From Zootoca vivipara (lineage: Eukaryota): a DNA stretch of 64,000 nucleotides. The stretch lies in the NCBI RefSeq assembly GCF_963506605.1, contig NC_083288.1, forward strand, positions 28,086,001 to 28,150,000, in the 5' to 3' direction. The translations under genes and the position numbers were made by a program. The notes beneath the pieces are model-generated. The model saw only the letters and a list, made by a program, of their open reading frames with translations, was not told the DNA's origin and did no database searches. Positions 62,313 to 64,000 of this stretch are shown here, one piece after another (position 1 is the first letter of the stretch; each line of letters opens with the position of its first letter).

Positions 62313-64000
62313 TCTTTTTTTTTCCAAATAAGCAAATCTTTATTGAAAATTAATGATTTACAAAAACTTTACAAAAAAGAAAAAGAACATCGTAACATCA
62401 TTGTATCACATAAATAACTAAATACATCACTGCCGTTGACTTCCCGTCATCTTCCGCAACGCGTCTCCTTTATGTTACTCATGTACTGACATTCCTCGTC
62501 ATATTCATATTTTTTCTTTTTGTACATAATAAAGCCAATCATACCGATTTGTCTGAGTTTTTATTATATACCCATCAATGCAAAACTGCCATGAAGATTC
62601 CATCCCTGTTATTGTTTTCTTGCATATAATTCCTGAATTTTTCCCACTTTTCCGTAAATACCTGTTTAGATTTTCCCTTTAAATTATCTGTTAATTGAGC
62701 CATTTCCACAAATCCCAATATCTTAATTTGCCATTCGCCAACTGTGGGGATTTTATCTCCTTTCCAGTTGGCATCTATCAGCAAGCGGGATGCTGCCCTG
62801 GCATATAGGAAATGCTCTCTGTATTTTACTGGAAGGTCTCTGTTCAGGATTCCGAGGAGAAATGCCTCTGGCTTTTTTGTGAAGTTAATTTTAAGCATTT
62901 TTTTCATTTCCTCATATATCTGGTTCCAAAACTCTTTTATTTTACGGCAGCCCCACCACGTGTGTAGCATATCTCCTTTTGCCTCTCCACACCTCCAACA
63001 AACATCTGCTATACTTTGGTACATTTTAGATAATTTGGGTAGCACCGGTACATCATTTTAAACATGTTTTCTTTAATTGTATATGATACCGTGAATTTCA
63101 TCTTGCATTTCCATAGCATCTCCCATTCCTCCATCATCGTTGTATGGCCAAAATCTTGGGCCCATTTAATCATGACCTCTTTCACTGCTTCGTCCTGTAC
63201 CTCCCAATCAAGAAGGAGGTGATACATTTTGGATATAATCTTATTATTGCTATTCATCAGGTCTTTTTCTAGTCTGGACATTTCTGAATTAAATCCTGTC
63301 TTTTTATCCTCCTTAAATACTTCGTTTAGTTGGTGATAGTCTAGCCAACTTACTAATTCATTTTTGATTTCTTCGTATCTTTTTAATTTAAATTGCTCAT
63401 CATCCAGAACTAGCAGTGATCTATATGTGGCCCATTTTTCCTTAGTGTTTTTTTTCCTTACGGCTTTGGCTTCCACCGGTGAGATCCAAAGTGGAATTTT
63501 GGGCTCCAATAAATTTTTATACTTCGCCCACACCTTATAGAGAGAGCCTCTTATTATATGGTTGATAAACCCTCTATGTACCTTGGTCTTTTCATAATTT
63601 AAGTAAGCGTGCCACCCAAACCTTAAATCAAATCCTTCTAGATCCAGTAAACTTGTTCTTTGAAGCAAAAACCAATCCTTTAACCACGTAAAACAAGCCG
63701 CTTCGTAATATAAATTCAAATCGGGTAGTCCAAATCCTCCCCTTTCTTTAATGTCTATAAGCAGCTTGTGCTTCATTCTCGGCCTTGCTCCTTGCCAAAT
63801 ATATCTGGAGATTTCCTTCTGCCATTCTTTTATACATCCAGTATTACATATTATGGGAATGTTTTGAAACAAAAACATAAACTTTGGTAATACGCTCATT
63901 TTTATTACCGAAATTCGTCCCAGAAATGATAACTTTAACTTGCTCCAATTCACCAATTTTCTTTTAATTTCTTCCCATACTTTAATATAATTGTCCTGAT
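62313..64000 (-). mobile_element. L1-clade LINE, ORF2 C-terminal part and 3' UTR (continues beyond window), frameshifted near 63030
   Basis: LSFLGRISVIKMSVLPK, GGFGLPDLNLYY, and zinc knuckle CWRC...HTWWGC. AATAAA and poly(A) at ~62315-62344. Confidence 0.9.

Overview
Vertebrate genomic DNA, almost certainly a squamate and probably a lacertid lizard. The assignment is inferred from Sauria/Squam1 SINEs with (ACCTTT)n tails and the Bov-B, CR1, L2 and MITE families present. The window is part of a class II olfactory receptor (OR) cluster with 10 OR loci. Seven ORs have intact reading frames (2819-3757 -, 13123-14061 +, 26365-27327 -, 34858-35811 -, 41659-42684 +, 48030-49055 +, 59892-60917 +). 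Three are pseudogenes: a nonsense allele at the window start, one split by a full-length intact Bov-B LINE, and a 3' remnant at ~58.4 kb. Two ORs sit head-to-head in a ~14.7 kb inverted duplication with signs of gene conversion, and three form a tandem array with an unusually long C-terminal tail. The rest is transposable elements, many with readable target-site duplications (TSDs). The most interesting signals are RNA-level: (1) four short Penelope-type insertions built around a minimal hammerhead ribozyme motif, three folded back at that motif; (2) a plausible HDV-like ribozyme fold at the exact 5' end of the intact Bov-B; (3) a 2.5 kb TSD-flanked retroelement with no RT that appears to retain a 5' UTR intron; (4) a LINE whose ORF2 endonuclease starts in frame directly after the ORF1 TGA-C stop, a readthrough candidate. 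These extend known families. I cannot support a wholly new system from sequence alone. All alignments and folds were done by eye.
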